Shown here piece by piece: positions 62,443-64,000 of a DNA stretch of 64,000 nucleotides. Position 1 is the stretch's first letter. Each line of letters opens with the position of its first letter. This stretch comes from an uncultured delta proteobacterium (GTDB taxonomy: Bacteria; Myxococcota; Myxococcia; Myxococcales; Anaeromyxobacteraceae): NCBI GenBank assembly GCA_963814585.1, contig CAWFDF010000014.1:352001-416000 (forward strand), given 5' to 3'. The notes beneath the pieces are model-generated. The model searched no databases, was not told the origin of the DNA, and was given only the letters and a program-made list of their open reading frames with translations. The position numbers and the translations under genes were made by a program.

Positions 62443-64000
62443 ACCGCCGGCCTCGCCCGCCGCCGCGGCCGGACTTGCCGCCTGACTTGCCCCCGGGCTT
62501 CCGGCCGCCTTGTTGGCCCTGGCGGGCCGGCTTGCCGTGGCCCTTGCCACCGCCGTGGCCCTTGCCGCCGCCCTGGCCCTTGCCACCGCCCTGGCCCCTG
62601 GCCGCCTGGCCCCCGCTGGCCTGCTGCCCGCGGCGCCCGCCCGCCGAGCCGCTCCCGGACCGGGCGGCGCCCGACCTCCCCCGGGGGCTGCCGCGAGCGC
62701 CGCCGTCCAGCAGCCTCCTCGTCCCGTCCGGCCTGGCCGCGCCCTGCAGGGCCGGATCGGCCTCCGGCAGCTCGGAGACCAGCGCCAGGTCGATGCGCCG
62801 CCGCTCGATGCTCACGTCGGCCACCCGCACCTCGACCGGATCACCGACCCGGAAGGCCCGGCCGCTGCCGCGGTCCAGCAGCGCGTGGTGGAGCGGATCG
62901 AGATCGAACCTCCCGGGGAGGGTCTCGGCCCGGACCAGCCCCTCGACGAAGAACGGGGTGAGCTCCACGAAGAGCCCGGGCTCGGCCACCGCCGCCACGC
63001 TCCCGGCGTAGCGCTCCCCGACCTTGTCCCTCATGAAGAGGGCCGCGTAGTAGGAGGCGATCTCGCGCTCCGCCTCCATGGCCGCCCGCTCGCGCTCGCT
63101 GGCGCGCGATGCCAGCTCGGCGAGCTCCTCGCCGGTGGTCCGCTCGACCGCCTGCCGACCGCGCCGCGCCCACTCCTCGCGCAGCAGCCGGTGGACCACC
63201 AGGTCCGGGTAGCGCCGGATGGGCGAGGTGAAGTGGAGGTAGTGGTCGGCGGCGAGGCCGAAGTGACCGGAGTCCTCGGGGGAGTAGACCGCCTGCATCA
63301 TGGCCCGGAGGAGCAGCTGGTTGAGCGCCCGCTGCTGCGGGTGGCCCTGCAGCCGCGTGAGCAGCTCGTCGAGGGCGCGGGGATCGAGCGCGCCGGCCGG
63401 GACGGTGAAGCCGTGGGCCTCGGCCAGCTCGGCGAAGGCGCGCAGCTTCTCGTCGTCGGGGGTGCCGTGGATCCGGTAGATGGTCGGGAGCTCGCGCGCC
63501 GAGAACCAGAGGGCCACCGCCTCGTTGGCGGCCAGCATGAACTCCTCGACGATCCGGTGGGCCCGGTTGCGAGGCCGCTTCTCGATGCCGCTGACGTGCC
63601 CGGCCTCGTCGACGAGGATCTTGGCCTCGGGGAGGTCGAAGTCGATGGCGCCGCGCCGCCGCCGCATGGCGGTGAGCTGCTCCTGGAGCTGGCCCATGAG
63701 CTCGAACTGCGGCCGGAAGCGCTCGCGGTGCGGCACCTGCTGGCCGGCGAGCACCTGGGCCACCTCGGTGTAGGTGCAGCGCGCGGCGCTCCGCATCACC
63801 GCCTGGTAGACCTCGACCCCCTTCGGCTCGCCGCCCGGTCCGATGGTCATGTCGGCGACCATGCAGAGCCGCTCGACGTCGGGGTTGAGCGAGCAGATGC
63901 CGTTGCTGAGCCGCTCCGGGAGCATGGGCAGCACCTGCATGGGGAAGTAGACGCTGGTTCCGCGCCGCAGCGCCTCCTCGTCGAGCGCCGAGCCGCGCCG
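62441..64000 (-). CDS. rnr: Ribonuclease R, 3' part (5' end outside the window)
   Basis: SVYFP, PMLPERLSNGICSL, IVEEFMLAAN, HFTSPIRRYPDL, S1 domain, basic tail with GGGKG(Q/H) repeats. Confidence 0.94.
   Translation of the reverse strand, partial: RRGSALDEEALRRGTSVYFPMQVLPMLPERLSNGICSLNPDVERLCMVADMTIGPGGEPKGVEVYQAVMRSAARCTYTEVAQVLAGQQVPHRERFRPQFELMGQLQEQLTAMRRRRGAIDFDLPEAKILVDEAGHVSGIEKRPRNRAHRIVEEFMLAANEAVALWFSARELPTIYRIHGTPDDEKLRAFAELAEAHGFTVPAGALDPRALDELLTRLQGHPQQRALNQLLLRAMMQAVYSPEDSGHFGLAADHYLHFTSPIRRYPDLVVHRLLREEWARRGRQAVERTTGEELAELASRASERERAAMEAEREIASYYAALFMRDKVGERYAGSVAAVAEPGLFVELTPFFVEGLVRAETLPGRFDLDPLHHALLDRGSGRAFRVGDPVEVRVADVSIERRRIDLALVSELPEADPALQGAARPDGTRRLLDGGARGSPRGRSGAARSGSGSAGGRRGQQASGGQAARGQGGGKGQGGGKGHGGGKGHGKPARQGQQGGRKPGGKSGGKSGRGGGRGRR

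Noticed and set aside
62530..62600. 18-bp tandem repeats
   Set aside because: Encode the low-complexity basic tail of RNase R.

Overview
Very GC-rich chromosomal segment, most consistent with a Myxococcota bacterium (Anaeromyxobacter-like; inferred from romR, frzS-like, Hypr-GGDEF and MYXO-CTERM genes). Core genes include coaBC, rlmI, murJ, coaX, birA, nadC, valS, nadD, mutS2 and rnr. The window also has a very large multicopper oxidase with FN3 repeats and an FKBP PPIase, a MYXO-CTERM Ig-repeat surface protein, an ECF sigma/anti-sigma pair, and two Liv-type ABC transporters. The most unusual signal is a stand-alone RAYT-like HUH (Y1) nuclease gene (23532-24434). It is bracketed by inverted copies of a short, barely palindromic motif (AACTACTCTGGGTC / GACCCAGAGTAGTT) that supplies the TAG stop codons of both flanking genes. 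The same motif recurs elsewhere as a doublet (19731-19773) and as a disordered 8-copy direct array (54978-55201). A separate ~180-bp MITE-like family occurs 3-4 times. Three single-base frameshifts (oxidase, murJ, mutS2) look like assembly errors. All calls come from reading the sequence and motif recognition; no searches were run.
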